Below, in pieces: positions 51,201 through 59,776 of a DNA stretch of 64,000 nt. The stretch spans positions 64,001 to 128,000 of the forward strand of contig CAVRJG010000039.1 of assembly GCA_963721455.1 (NCBI GenBank). Direction: 5' to 3'. Position numbers and translations under genes: made by a program. The first letter of the stretch is position 1; each line of letters opens with the position of its first letter. The stretch comes from an uncultured Methanosarcinaceae archaeon. Its GTDB lineage: Archaea; Halobacteriota; Methanosarcinia; Methanosarcinales; Methanosarcinaceae. The notes under the pieces are model-generated. The model searched no databases. It was given only the letters and a program-made list of their open reading frames with translations, and was not told the DNA's origin.

Positions 51201-51740
51201 AAGTGCCTTTTGCTTGCGCTCGTCAAATTCTGCGACCCCTGCGATTTCGTCGATAATCTTTCGCCGTTCTACAGAGGTCATGGAGATGATCTGGGTAACG
51301 TCTCCCTGCATGACCACATTATAACCTTCAGGCGTCACCCCGGCTTTTGCAAGCTGAAAATGTATTTCTCCAAGGTTTACGGCTTTTCCGTTGAAATAAA
51401 AATAGCTATAGTACCCGCTTTTTGTTCGGCGGATTTTTCTTGAGACCTCGACCTCATCAAGATCTATAGGCAACTTGCGGTCGGAATTGTCAAAACGGAT
51501 CGTAACCTGGGCAAAATCAGGCTTTTTTGCCTCGTCGCCGTTGTAAATCAGGTCAGTAAGTTTCTCAGCCCGGAGAGTCCTGGAACTTGTAAGCCCGAGT
51601 GCAAAGAGAATCCCGTCTATGATGTTTGACTTTCCACTCCCATTTGGGCCGGAAATGGTGGTAAAGTCGTTGTAAAAGGAAACCTTTACTTTTTTTCCGA
51701 AGGATTTGAAATTGACGAATTCGATCTCTTTTATATACAC
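48213..51740 (-). CDS. smc: Chromosome segregation protein SMC
   Basis: NFKSF, GPNGSGKSN, hinge GRATFLPL, MSGGEKS, FDEID; GTG start at 51740. Confidence 0.97.
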   Translation of the reverse strand: MYIKEIEFVNFKSFGKKVKVSFYNDFTTISGPNGSGKSNIIDGILFALGLTSSRTLRAEKLTDLIYNGDEAKKPDFAQVTIRFDNSDRKLPIDLDEVEVSRKIRRTKSGYYSYFYFNGKAVNLGEIHFQLAKAGVTPEGYNVVMQGDVTQIISMTSVERRKIIDEIAGVAEFDERKQKALGELEIVRQQIERVDIILEEVRIQLGKLAGERDQALKYQALKAEKAKFEGYVLLSKLKDARTELQNVDKELVGKEEHLEKVQALLNERVQELQALEDALEKLSLEIRKKGEDEQLQVKREIEETRGEISRCVDSIELSESELEEADSRRRKAFIEIDSTKGKVRGLEEKIEAENLRKDSISSELSERKTERMLLQSRIADVDAKFAATRDELMAARKKLEDIKNEKNELIRAEDRLLDTLRRKSSELRDIENQIGDAEAAVTTSDSDTLSVRYEIEKLSENLESLIRDRDDIESSHFRIKDDIRKLESKLHGLQQEYAITEARVRASEQGGSYSRAVEMVIGAARQEDLFGIHGTIAQLGKVDRRYSTALEIAAGNRMQAIVVDTDADAAKAIEYLKHRKGGRATFLPLNKMRESRRLENLSYENGVIGYAIDLIEFDSGFEPAFWYVFQDTLVMEDLASARRLMGKARMVTLEGELLEKSGAMVGGSISSKSGISFAAAERDKLLELADEIKSLDASRNAAIGKQDSIESHLFELSRKIRDCEATISRKELQLEEIAGREAKLAELLEAKQADLKAIEESRTELRVEMDRVIAEKADKEGAASKLEVQISGLEAKLADSPLPEINKKIEFVDEELRRLDGRIRDTEASLNALQLEKEYAEQKIAEAKELIRDLDEKKASRLEKVTSLKTKIRELEEKLEEKKTRELELSDELRGLQKERESVQAEHSAVKRRVNIAATTLEKAKQQVLTLTATRNALLDQEKQFMEEVLRRGIEETDEVPNYETVYMRIQAIEEALRRLEPVNMRAIDEYNEVELRLSDLQGKRDTLFSEREQLLERIGQYEQLKRDAFMEAYTSINANFRDIFHELSDGMGELLLEDPDDPFTGGMTLRAQPKEKTLQRIEAMSGGEKSLTALAFIFAIQQYRPAPFYAFDEIDMFLDGQNVERVSRRVKTSGSKVQFIVVSLRKPMIQAANRTIGVTMQENNITSITGVKLNG

Positions 51741-51793
51741 AGGATGCCTCTGTAATTTCGCGTTTTTGAGGAAGTTTCTGTTTTTAAGCCTCG

Positions 51794-52783
51794 TTACGCC
51801 CGGGAATTTTTCCGGCTGCACGTGATGATTTCTGCATCTTCATTTTCCCGCATGTCCACGGACTCTTCTATGAAATGCTTTTTAGAGGTCTTTTCAGCGA
51901 TTATATATTCACACTTATAATCATCCGCAGGCCGGGCTCTCGAAGGGTCCATTCTGACAGGGGCAGGCGGTCTCACAGGGGATGACTGCCTTGGGGGCTG
52001 CTGCCTGGCAGGTTCGGTTCTGGCAGGTTCGGTTCTGGCAGGTTCGGTTCTGGCCGACGGCTGTTGCCTCACATTGCCTTTAAGCCGTCTTCTATCCCCG
52101 CTCTCTGCAATAATGTACTCACACTTTGTCTCAACTTCCTCTTTATCAAGTTCGGCTGGCTCGACTTCTCTGAGCTTCAGCTGGACTTTTGCACTTGTAC
52201 CTGGCAGGGGAGCAGGCGCTTCCCTGAATTCAATCAGTCTGCGTGCTGCAGGGTTTTCTTTTCGGGGGTCAGGGTTTTGTTTCGGCTTTCTGGAAAGAGG
52301 AGGAAGGTCCAGAGGATCTTCAGGAAGGGTAAGAGTAATAGAAGGAGAAGCAACCGTAGCGGCCTTTTTCACATCCTCCAGCCGCTTAGTGAGATTTCCT
52401 ATCTCAGTTTCCAGTTTCTTTATAAGCATTTTCTGATCAAGCAATTCGCGGACAAGGCCATCCTGAATGCCTGCAAATTCCCTCAGTTTCCGGTCAGCCA
52501 CTCCCGAATCATGTCCCTCGGATGTTTTCAATTCCATTCTCAATTCATTGAGGATTGAAGCCTTGAGTAAGGCAGGATTAGGGATTCCCATCAGCTCTGT
52601 CCTGATTTCGGAAAGAACCAGGTCCTTGATGGAGTCCCGATCTGAAACGTTTTCCGTTTCGGCCCGCAGTTCGTTGAGAACCGAAACCTTAATCGATTTC
52701 GTGAGAGTCTCGAGCTCCTCATAGGTTATTGACAGTCGCCTCTTAAGCGGTGTATTGTGCACGTCCCTCTGTCCAGTTCTCAT
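51794..52783 (-). CDS. Uncharacterised coiled-coil / disordered protein immediately upstream of smc
   Basis: Start ATG 52783 after GAGGT; coiled coil GLVRELLDQKMLIKKLE; Pro-rich linker; KCEYIIAE motif twice; ends 53 bp before smc. Confidence 0.75.
   Translation of the reverse strand: MRTGQRDVHNTPLKRRLSITYEELETLTKSIKVSVLNELRAETENVSDRDSIKDLVLSEIRTELMGIPNPALLKASILNELRMELKTSEGHDSGVADRKLREFAGIQDGLVRELLDQKMLIKKLETEIGNLTKRLEDVKKAATVASPSITLTLPEDPLDLPPLSRKPKQNPDPRKENPAARRLIEFREAPAPLPGTSAKVQLKLREVEPAELDKEEVETKCEYIIAESGDRRRLKGNVRQQPSARTEPARTEPARTEPARQQPPRQSSPVRPPAPVRMDPSRARPADDYKCEYIIAEKTSKKHFIEESVDMRENEDAEIITCSRKNSRA
52007..52054. repeat. 15-bp in-frame tandem repeat GGCAGGTTCGGTTCT x3 (encodes ARTEP x3)
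   Basis: Read directly within the 51794..52783 CDS. Confidence 0.9.
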
Positions 52784-53218
52784 TAAAATACCTCTTATAA
52801 GAAATTCGGGTTCCGGTTTCCTGATTGCCTGCAGCTTTTTACCGGCAAGGCAGATCACCACAATTATAAATAAATTGATTCGCTCATGATAATTCAAACA
52901 ATATGTATAAAGTACATGTAATCTTGCTTTAAATATATATGGTAATCGATAGTATTTTCCGGCATGATATAACTTTCAATTAAATAATAATAAGAACCGC
53001 TTTATTAACCGTTCTGAAAATATATTATAGAAATCGGCTGAGAGGACAGGAAAAAGGATAAAAAAGAGAAGTTTCCAAAAACTAAAGGTGTGAATATGCG
53101 GAATGGTTAAAAACATATGGTGGAAACCTGGAATCGCCTGGAAAAAAGAACTGCTTTTCACACCACTGTCTGGAAAAATATTAACTAAGTAAGGAGACTT
53201 TTTACTTAAAAATGGACA

Positions 53219-53270
53219 ATGTGAACTACCCCTGAACTAAAGACTTCGGGGTTTTACGCTTCGTCCTATA
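53219..53270. mobile_element. IS200/IS605-type terminal hairpin remnant (no transposase)
   Basis: GTGAACTACCCCTGAACTAAAGACTTCGGGGTTT resembles the AACTACCCC..CTAAAG..GGGG subterminal palindrome of IS605/IS1341-like ends. Confidence 0.55.
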
Positions 53271-53476
53271 AAAAAGAATAAATCGGAGAGCCTGTGGCAC
53301 ATCTCGTTTCCGGAACAGGCCGGATAGAGGGTATTCCGCAAATATGAGATAGAATTCAGAGAAAAAGATCCATAGTACTGCAAAATAGGAGAATGAAACC
53401 CAAATATAACCCTAAAATAGAATGAGTTAAAGGGTTGGATTTCAGTCAGGGGATAAAATTTTGTTGGGGAGAGGTG

Positions 53477-53716
53477 TTAGTTGATGGATGTGAGGGAATC
53501 ATCGAAATCGACCAGTACACTCTCTCTTGATTGAATTTTAGAGGAGGTACATTCCATTTCCACAGCGTTTTCGTTAACAATGGAGCCATGAGTTCCGGTG
53601 CGTTCAAGGAAAAATTGAACCTCATCAAGTTCAGGCTCTCGGAAATGATCCATTTCGAGAATATCCATAATAACACTCAACACGTTTTTGTGTAAGTGAT
53701 TAGTGATTCGGGTCAT
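53477..53716 (-). CDS. Small hypothetical protein (79 aa)
   Basis: ATG-started, acidic ORF isolated in an otherwise empty spacer; no recognised motif. Confidence 0.45.
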   Translation of the reverse strand: MTRITNHLHKNVLSVIMDILEMDHFREPELDEVQFFLERTGTHGSIVNENAVEMECTSSKIQSRESVLVDFDDSLTSIN

Positions 53717-53907
53717 CGGGAATAAACACTATGTACCAAGTATTAATAATTTGCGGCAAACGCAAAGCATTTTGAAAAGAAACAAACACGCTTATTAATA
53801 TATAAATGTTGTGCCAGAGATACAGGAGCTTACCTCCCACAAAATGTTATCGAAGATAGATAAAAAATATAGTTGTTTTTGAAACCGGACCTCCTTTCGT
53901 AAATTAA

Positions 53908-53987
53908 TAAGCTATTCCTTAATTTATTTCTCTTAAGCCATCCCTTAATTTATTTCTCTTAAGCCATTCCTTAATTTATTTCTCTTA
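53908..53987. repeat. 26-bp tandem repeat TAAGC(T/C)AT(T/C)CCTTAATTTATTTCTCT x3
   Basis: Units start at 53908, 53934 and 53960. Confidence 0.9.
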
Positions 53988-54130
53988 TCCTTACCTCAAT
54001 CTGTGTTTTCATGATCATTTCTTCTACTCAGAAAGGAGAAAGAAAAGAAGTAAAAAAGACAAAAGAGATCTGAGAAAAAAAATAAAAAAGACAAAAAAGA
54101 CCTGGAAAAGATAAAAAAGGAAAGGAGAAG

Positions 54131-56110
54131 TCAAAGGAAAGAAGGCCCGAAAACCCGGATCAAAACGCCCACTCCAAGCGCCAGAAATATGGTGAAAAGA
54201 ACTATCGAAACCGTATCTTTTACTCCGAGCTCGTGTTTAAGTACCGCAATCGTTGCCACACACGGGATATAAATAGTCGTAATTACAGCAAACTCGTACA
54301 TCTGAACAGGTGTCATTACAGCTGCAAAGTTGGCTGTGCCTGCCAATACGGCCAGGATCTGAAGCGCCATTTCCTTTCGAAGAATTCCAAAAACCAGAGC
54401 TGTTGCAGCGAATGCCGGAAGGCCAAGCAAGCCCACGGATACAGGCTCTACAAAATCCTGGAAGATCGAAAGAAGGCCCAGGGCATCGGCAACTCCGAGA
54501 AACGCACTTCCAACAAGCAGAAGCGGGAAAGCAATATAGAGAAACTCCCGGCTTTTCATCCAGGTTTTCCTGAGGGTAGATTTCAGCTCCGGCTTTCGGA
54601 GGGGAGTCATTTCCATGATAAAGCCGCTTCTCTGACCTGGCAGAGCCCTTCCGAGAATCCAGCCCATGCCGGCAATAATAAGGATATCCAGAACATATAT
54701 CGAAACCGCCGGCCAAAAGCCTACGAAAGTTCCCACAAGCCCCAGGATTATAACTGTCCTGGCAGAGCAGGGAATCAGAGATATAAGGAGGGCAGCTATC
54801 CTCTTTTCCCGCCGCGTGCCAAGGGCATGCACTGCCATAATCGCAGGGACGTTGCAGCCAAAGCCAAGAACCAGCGGGATCACAGCTCTCCCGTGAAGCC
54901 CGAGCTTATGAGTGAGATTATCCAGCAGAAAAGCTGCCCTGGTGAGATAGCCCGAATCCTCGAATATGGAAAGAATAGCGTAAAAGACTGCAATATAAGG
55001 AATTGCAATTGCAAATCCTGCCTCTACTCCCCGAAGAGAATAGAGGATCAGGTTTCTCAGGATAGGCGGCATGCCTGAAGTCGCGGTCTCGACCGGCAGG
55101 ATCACATGGGGCTCGAAGACTTCAGTCACAATCCAGGTCTCAAGGAACCCTCCTACCCGAAAGACAAGAAGGAAAGTAAGGAGCAGGGCGGATATGAGCA
55201 CCAGAATCCCGAAGTTCGGGGAAGTGAGGATCGCATCTATTCTTTCCCTCAAGCTTTTTTTGGGCTCGAACCTTGAGACCACGCTGTCTACTATGTATCC
55301 GGCTTCCCCATAGAGGTCTCTTGCAACTGTATCAGGTACCGAGATCCTGTGTTCCATTTCCAGGTTCTGCCTTAACCGCCTGGCAGAAGAGAGCAGGGCA
55401 TTAGCCTCAGGCGGCATACAGCAGAGTTCCACAAACTCGGCATCGTTCAGGAGGGCTGCAATCTTTACGCTCGGAGATGCATTGGGAAAGGAATAGTCCA
55501 GGTTGGAAAGAGCCTGCCGGATCCAGGGGCTGTACCCTACTCTGTGATGTTTCTGAACTTTCCCCTGTTCTGCAAGGGCCACAAGCATTACTTCATCAAG
55601 CCCTACCCCCCAGGTCGCAACCGTTGGCACTACAGGCAGTCCAAGCATTTCGGAGAGCCCGTCCGCATCAATAAGGACCCCGAGATTTGCAGCCATATCT
55701 ACCTGATTTAACGCAAGAACCATAGGGATATCGAGTTCCAGAAGCTGCAGGGTCAGGTATAGATTTCTCTCAAGCCTGCTCGCATCAAGGACATTGATAA
55801 TGATATCCGGCTGGTCCTCGATGAGGAATCTCTTGGTTACCTTCTCGTCTTCGTTTGTAGCTCCAAGGGAATAAATTCCAGGCAGGTCAATTACTTCAAT
55901 AGTCTTTCCCCGGGCCTTTACAATTCCCCTTTTAAGTGCAACTGTCGTGCCAGGGTAATTTGAGACCTCGACACCTACCCCTGTAAGCCTGCTGAAGAAA
56001 ACGCTTTTTCCAACGCTTGGGTTGCCTATGAAGGCAATTGTCATATCATATGGGGTTTTGCTCTTACTTCCGCTTCCGGAGGTACAGCATGAGCTGGAAA
56101 TTCCTATCAC
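54131..56110 (-). CDS. feoB: Ferrous iron transport protein B
   Basis: GNPSVGKS, NYPGTTV, DLPGIYSL, NQVD, GFGCNVP, PCSAR, YIPCVAT. Confidence 0.95.
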   Translation of the reverse strand: MIGISSSCCTSGSGSKSKTPYDMTIAFIGNPSVGKSVFFSRLTGVGVEVSNYPGTTVALKRGIVKARGKTIEVIDLPGIYSLGATNEDEKVTKRFLIEDQPDIIINVLDASRLERNLYLTLQLLELDIPMVLALNQVDMAANLGVLIDADGLSEMLGLPVVPTVATWGVGLDEVMLVALAEQGKVQKHHRVGYSPWIRQALSNLDYSFPNASPSVKIAALLNDAEFVELCCMPPEANALLSSARRLRQNLEMEHRISVPDTVARDLYGEAGYIVDSVVSRFEPKKSLRERIDAILTSPNFGILVLISALLLTFLLVFRVGGFLETWIVTEVFEPHVILPVETATSGMPPILRNLILYSLRGVEAGFAIAIPYIAVFYAILSIFEDSGYLTRAAFLLDNLTHKLGLHGRAVIPLVLGFGCNVPAIMAVHALGTRREKRIAALLISLIPCSARTVIILGLVGTFVGFWPAVSIYVLDILIIAGMGWILGRALPGQRSGFIMEMTPLRKPELKSTLRKTWMKSREFLYIAFPLLLVGSAFLGVADALGLLSIFQDFVEPVSVGLLGLPAFAATALVFGILRKEMALQILAVLAGTANFAAVMTPVQMYEFAVITTIYIPCVATIAVLKHELGVKDTVSIVLFTIFLALGVGVLIRVFGPSFL

Positions 56111-56158
56111 GTCTCCAGTAATTTTACTCCGTGCCAGTTATATTCCTTCTCTGCCCCT

Positions 56159-56833
56159 TTACAGGCTTTTGCTTTTCGGAGTTATGAAGATTTTCTTTGC
56201 AATATCCCTTCCGAGAGCAATTTCCGACCCTACTGCTATAACCGATATGCAACCCTGTTTTTGCTTGCGCCTGACTTCAATATCTTCTCCAGTAAGGATA
56301 CCGAGGGAGGTCAGGCGCTCCTTTGTCTCCCTGGGAAGGGTTACCCGAGCAACTTTGCCGGAACTTCCTTCTTCCATTTCATCAAGGGGAATGAATTTTT
56401 CCTCTCGCCTGATATTATTTTTATCGATATTGATAGGGTTCCCGTCAGGGCAGTATTCGGGACTCCCCAGAAATTCGTAGAGCCTTTCAAGTACGGCATC
56501 AGATACTGCGTGTTCAAGTTCGCAGGCTTCTTTGTGAGCTTCTTTCCTATCGAAGTCAAGGACATCAGCCAGGAAAGTTTCAAGCACCTGGTGTTTCCTT
56601 TTAATCCTGACAGCCTGGTCAGTTCCTTTTTCTGTCAATTCGACACCCTGATAAGGTGTGTACTCTACAAGTCCCGAAGAATATAATTTTTTTATCATTT
56701 CCGTCACGCTCGGCGGAGATACATTGAGTTCTTCCGAGATTTGTTTGGTCTTTGCAGGACCCTGGTTCTTTCTAATAAGGTAAAGAATAGTTTCAAGATA
56801 TTCATCAAATCGATCCGTATGCATTAACACCAT
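56159..56833 (-). CDS. DtxR/MntR family metal-dependent regulator with C-terminal FeoA-like domain
   Basis: DEYLETI, PSVTEM, RKHQVLETFL, EACELEH, CPDGNPI, SH3/FeoA-like tail. Confidence 0.92.
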   Translation of the reverse strand: MVLMHTDRFDEYLETILYLIRKNQGPAKTKQISEELNVSPPSVTEMIKKLYSSGLVEYTPYQGVELTEKGTDQAVRIKRKHQVLETFLADVLDFDRKEAHKEACELEHAVSDAVLERLYEFLGSPEYCPDGNPINIDKNNIRREEKFIPLDEMEEGSSGKVARVTLPRETKERLTSLGILTGEDIEVRRKQKQGCISVIAVGSEIALGRDIAKKIFITPKSKSL

Positions 56834-56867
56834 CCCGCCAATAAAGGCCTGACTTCAGACCAGATAA

Positions 56868-56881
56868 TTAGGACAACCTAA
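56868..56881. promoter_or_regulatory. DtxR-type operator TTAGG-N4-CCTAA
   Basis: TTAGGACAACCTAA, 35 bp upstream of the DtxR-feoB operon. Confidence 0.7.
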
Positions 56882-57022
56882 AAAACATAACTGCCTGAAT
56901 AAATAACTTTTGGTTTTTGACTATTTACATTTATTCTAAGGATTAAGAAACAAAAATGCCGTGGATTCAACTTAAATTGCTGAAGTCGGAAAAAAATAGA
57001 AAGGAAGGATTTTGGAAGCAAT

Positions 57023-57502
57023 TCAGGAATTAATCGATTTAAGGACAGCGATTTCATTACAATCCGGAAACTTGGGGCATCTTAGACAGCCGGACCAGAT
57101 TTTCCGGGGAAGGCTGTTTTTGTCCACAACCTTAAAGCCCAGGGTTTCAAAAAAACCAGGCACATAAGTAAGTGCAAAGACTTCCTTCATGCCAAGGTTT
57201 TCAGCATCCTCAAGGCAGGCCGAGACAAGCTTTGCACCTATTCCTTTTCTTGCACATTTGGGGTTCACGGCAAGGGCAAGTATCTCTGCAAGGTCTTCCC
57301 ATACTACATGCAGGGCACAGCAGCCCACAACTTCTCCATCAATCTCGCAGACGTAATAATCCCTGATGCTCTCGTATATCTCACTCAGAGAACGGGCAAG
57401 CATCAGCTCATCCTTCGAATAAGTATTGATAATCTGCTTCATTACAACGACGTCATCTACCCTGGCTTTCCGGATCAATTCCTGTTTCCTCTGAAGTGGC
57501 AT
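57023..57502 (-). CDS. GNAT acetyltransferase, short ArgA (amino-acid N-acetyltransferase) type
   Basis: MLARSLSEIYESIRDY, WEDLAEI, GIGAKL, VFALT, KIWSGC.RCPKF..CNE. Confidence 0.85.
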   Translation of the reverse strand: MPLQRKQELIRKARVDDVVVMKQIINTYSKDELMLARSLSEIYESIRDYYVCEIDGEVVGCCALHVVWEDLAEILALAVNPKCARKGIGAKLVSACLEDAENLGMKEVFALTYVPGFFETLGFKVVDKNSLPRKIWSGCLRCPKFPDCNEIAVLKSINS

Positions 57503-57754
57503 TTTATTTTCTAATATAATAGGCTGTTATAGAACAGACTGTTAGGGCTTATGATTTTAAAACTGTACTGTGTACCAGCTATGGAATTACTTGCTTTCCA
57601 GATAAGAGATTTTCCATAGTCTATAAATATATCCTATAATTCAAGAAGATCCGGGTCTCCTTCTGAGTCGGCAGAGCATCCAGAAAGCATTAGAGTCCTA
57701 AAATAAACCTTTATTTCTGGATAAAACTGACAAAAGTAGGTTAAAGAAAATTAG

Positions 57755-57829
57755 CGGGCGCGAAGGGATTTGAACCCCCGATTTACAGCTTAGGAGGCTG
57801 CCGCCATATCCGGGCTAGGCCACACGCCC
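57755..57829 (-). tRNA. tRNA-Arg (anticodon CCT), CCA not encoded
   Basis: Minus strand GGGCGTG..GCAGC-CT-CCT-AA-GCTGT..GGGGGTTCAAATCCCTT-CGCGCCC-G; complete cloverleaf. Confidence 0.95.
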
Positions 57830-57995
57830 ACGAAACGCTTCCTGAGAATACAGCCTTGCAACTGCCTGCTTAATCTGCATTTCAGGTGAAGTAACCATAA
57901 TACCGGTATAAGATGTATATCTAATTATCGCTCCGAAAAGGAAAAATGCACGCCTGAGAAAACAAGAGTTGAATTTTCCGGAAAGTTTTAAATCC

Positions 57996-58029
57996 AATGT
58001 AAACCATTGATCCTAGAGAGGTTAACAAT
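57996..58029. promoter_or_regulatory. BirA-type biotin operator
   Basis: AATGTAAAC-N16-GTTAACAAT matches the wwTGTwAAC-N14-16-GTTwACAww BirA consensus; about 270 bp upstream of bioY. Confidence 0.7.
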
Positions 58030-58113
58030 ACCTTATGTTTACAATGGGCTCTCTATCCATCAGGGGTTGGAGATTAACATTTATAGAGTTGCTGCTGTGG
58101 GGCTGACGAGGTA

Positions 58114-58168
58114 CAGTCAGTTTCAGTCCGTATCGATTAGTTTCAGTCTATATCAGTCAGTTTCAGTC
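58114..58168. repeat. 20-bp-period imperfect tandem repeat with core AGTTTCAGTC x3
   Basis: TTTCAGTC at 58121, 58141 and 58161 in the bioY upstream region. Confidence 0.75.
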
Positions 58169-58300
58169 ACTACTACACCTTTACTTTCCACCGGATTGTG
58201 TTTACCTGCCAATTTAGGTTTAAGAATCCTTGACAAGCCTGAAAAAGGCGAAAAAATGAGAAGAGCAGAGTAAAAGTAAAAATCGATAAGAGGAAAAAGT

Positions 58301-58864
58301 GTGCATATAAAAAACAATCGTTCCTATTCTTCCCATACTTCTGAACTCAGGATGATGGTCTTTGCATCCCTTTTTGCAGCCCTGACTGCCGCAGGAGCTT
58401 ACATACAGATCCCTATGCCTTTCTCCCCTGTCCCCATCACACTACAGGTCTTCTTTGTTCTGCTTGCCGGGAGCATGTTGAAAAGCAAATGGGGAGGCCT
58501 GAGCATGATAGTGTATACCCTGCTTGGCATTGCCGGGCTTCCTGTTTTTGCAGGAGGCAGTTCCGGAGTGGGAGTGCTCCTTGGGCCGACAGGCGGGTAC
58601 ATAGTCGGTTTCATTCTTGCTGCTTATATTATAGGAAAGCTTTCCGAGAAGGCTGAAAATGCTGCCAGCCCCGGTCTACTCATTAATGCCCTTAACATGA
58701 GCATAGGAGTCCTCGTTATCTACGCCTGCGGGATTTCTCAATTGATGCTGGTGGCTGAGATAGGACCCGGAACAGCCCTTGCCCTTGGGGTCATTCCTTT
58801 TCTGCCTGGAGAAATCGTAAAAACTGCAATTGCCGCGTACATTGCTTCAACTCATGAACTTTAA
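58301..58864 (+). CDS. bioY: Biotin ECF transporter S component BioY
   Basis: PVPITLQ, GLPVFAGG, GPTGGYIVGF, PFLPGE. Confidence 0.93.
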   Translation: MHIKNNRSYSSHTSELRMMVFASLFAALTAAGAYIQIPMPFSPVPITLQVFFVLLAGSMLKSKWGGLSMIVYTLLGIAGLPVFAGGSSGVGVLLGPTGGYIVGFILAAYIIGKLSEKAENAASPGLLINALNMSIGVLVIYACGISQLMLVAEIGPGTALALGVIPFLPGEIVKTAIAAYIASTHEL

Positions 58865-58951
58865 AGCCCCCTGGCTTCTAATTTTTTCTGTAAAAAAGAA
58901 ACCGGAGTTTTTCGGAGAATTTAAAACAAGGAAATGAAAGTTTGATTAAGT

Positions 58952-59776
58952 ATGATCAGGCTCGAAAAAGTAAGTTATAATTATCCTGATGGGACCCCTG
59001 CGCTTGAAAACATAAATCTGGCGATAAGAAAAGGGGAATTCATAGGGATAATAGGCAAAAACGGTAGCGGAAAGTCCACACTTGCCCTCCAGCTTAACGG
59101 GCTCCTGAAACCCCAGAAAGGCAGAGTAATGATAAGGGAAATGGATACCCGTGACCCTTCAAAGCTCCCAGGAATCAGGAAGCTCGTAGGTGTCGTATTC
59201 CAGAATCCTGAAACTCAATTTGTGGGCAGGACAGTCGAAGAAGATCTTGCTTTCGGCCCCGAGAATCTTTGCCTTCCTCCTGTGGAAATCAGGAAATGCG
59301 TGGATATGGCCCTTGCCGAAACAGGGCTTGAGAAATACAGGCATCGTTCCCCAAAAAATCTGAGTGGAGGGCAGGGACAGTGTGTAGCCCTGGCAGGAAT
59401 CCTTGCAATGAGGCCTGAATGCCTTATTTTTGATGAGGTAACTTCCATGCTTGACCCGGATTCCGGAACTGCTGTCCTCGAAAGCATAAAAAAACTGCAC
59501 CGAAAAGGCAAAACCATTGTATATATTACCCACAATCTCGAAGAGCTTCATGCTGCAGACAGAATTATTGTCATGGAAAAAGGGAGAATAATGCTTGAAG
59601 GGGATCCTGAGAGCGTTTTTTCGAACGATTCCCTTCAAACCCTTGGGCTAGCCCTGCCTTCCCTGATTGAGCTGGCAGAGCACCTAAAAACTAACGGGGT
59701 CGAAATCCCCTGGGAAAAAACCTCTTCCCCCCACAGCTTTGCAGAGGAAATATGCCGATTATTCTTGAAAACGTGA
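58952..59776 (+). CDS. ECF transporter ATPase (EcfA1)
   Basis: GKNGSGKS, VFQNPE, LSGGQ, FDEVTSMLD, ITH. Confidence 0.92.
   Translation: MIRLEKVSYNYPDGTPALENINLAIRKGEFIGIIGKNGSGKSTLALQLNGLLKPQKGRVMIREMDTRDPSKLPGIRKLVGVVFQNPETQFVGRTVEEDLAFGPENLCLPPVEIRKCVDMALAETGLEKYRHRSPKNLSGGQGQCVALAGILAMRPECLIFDEVTSMLDPDSGTAVLESIKKLHRKGKTIVYITHNLEELHAADRIIVMEKGRIMLEGDPESVFSNDSLQTLGLALPSLIELAEHLKTNGVEIPWEKTSSPHSFAEEICRLFLKT

Noticed and set aside
54233-55078. 281-aa antisense ORF within feoB
   Set aside because: Shadow ORF opposite hydrophobic codons; no motifs
57755-57829. tRNA-Arg as an integration site for an island
   Set aside because: No integrase, no duplicated tRNA 3' end, and the flanking genes are housekeeping
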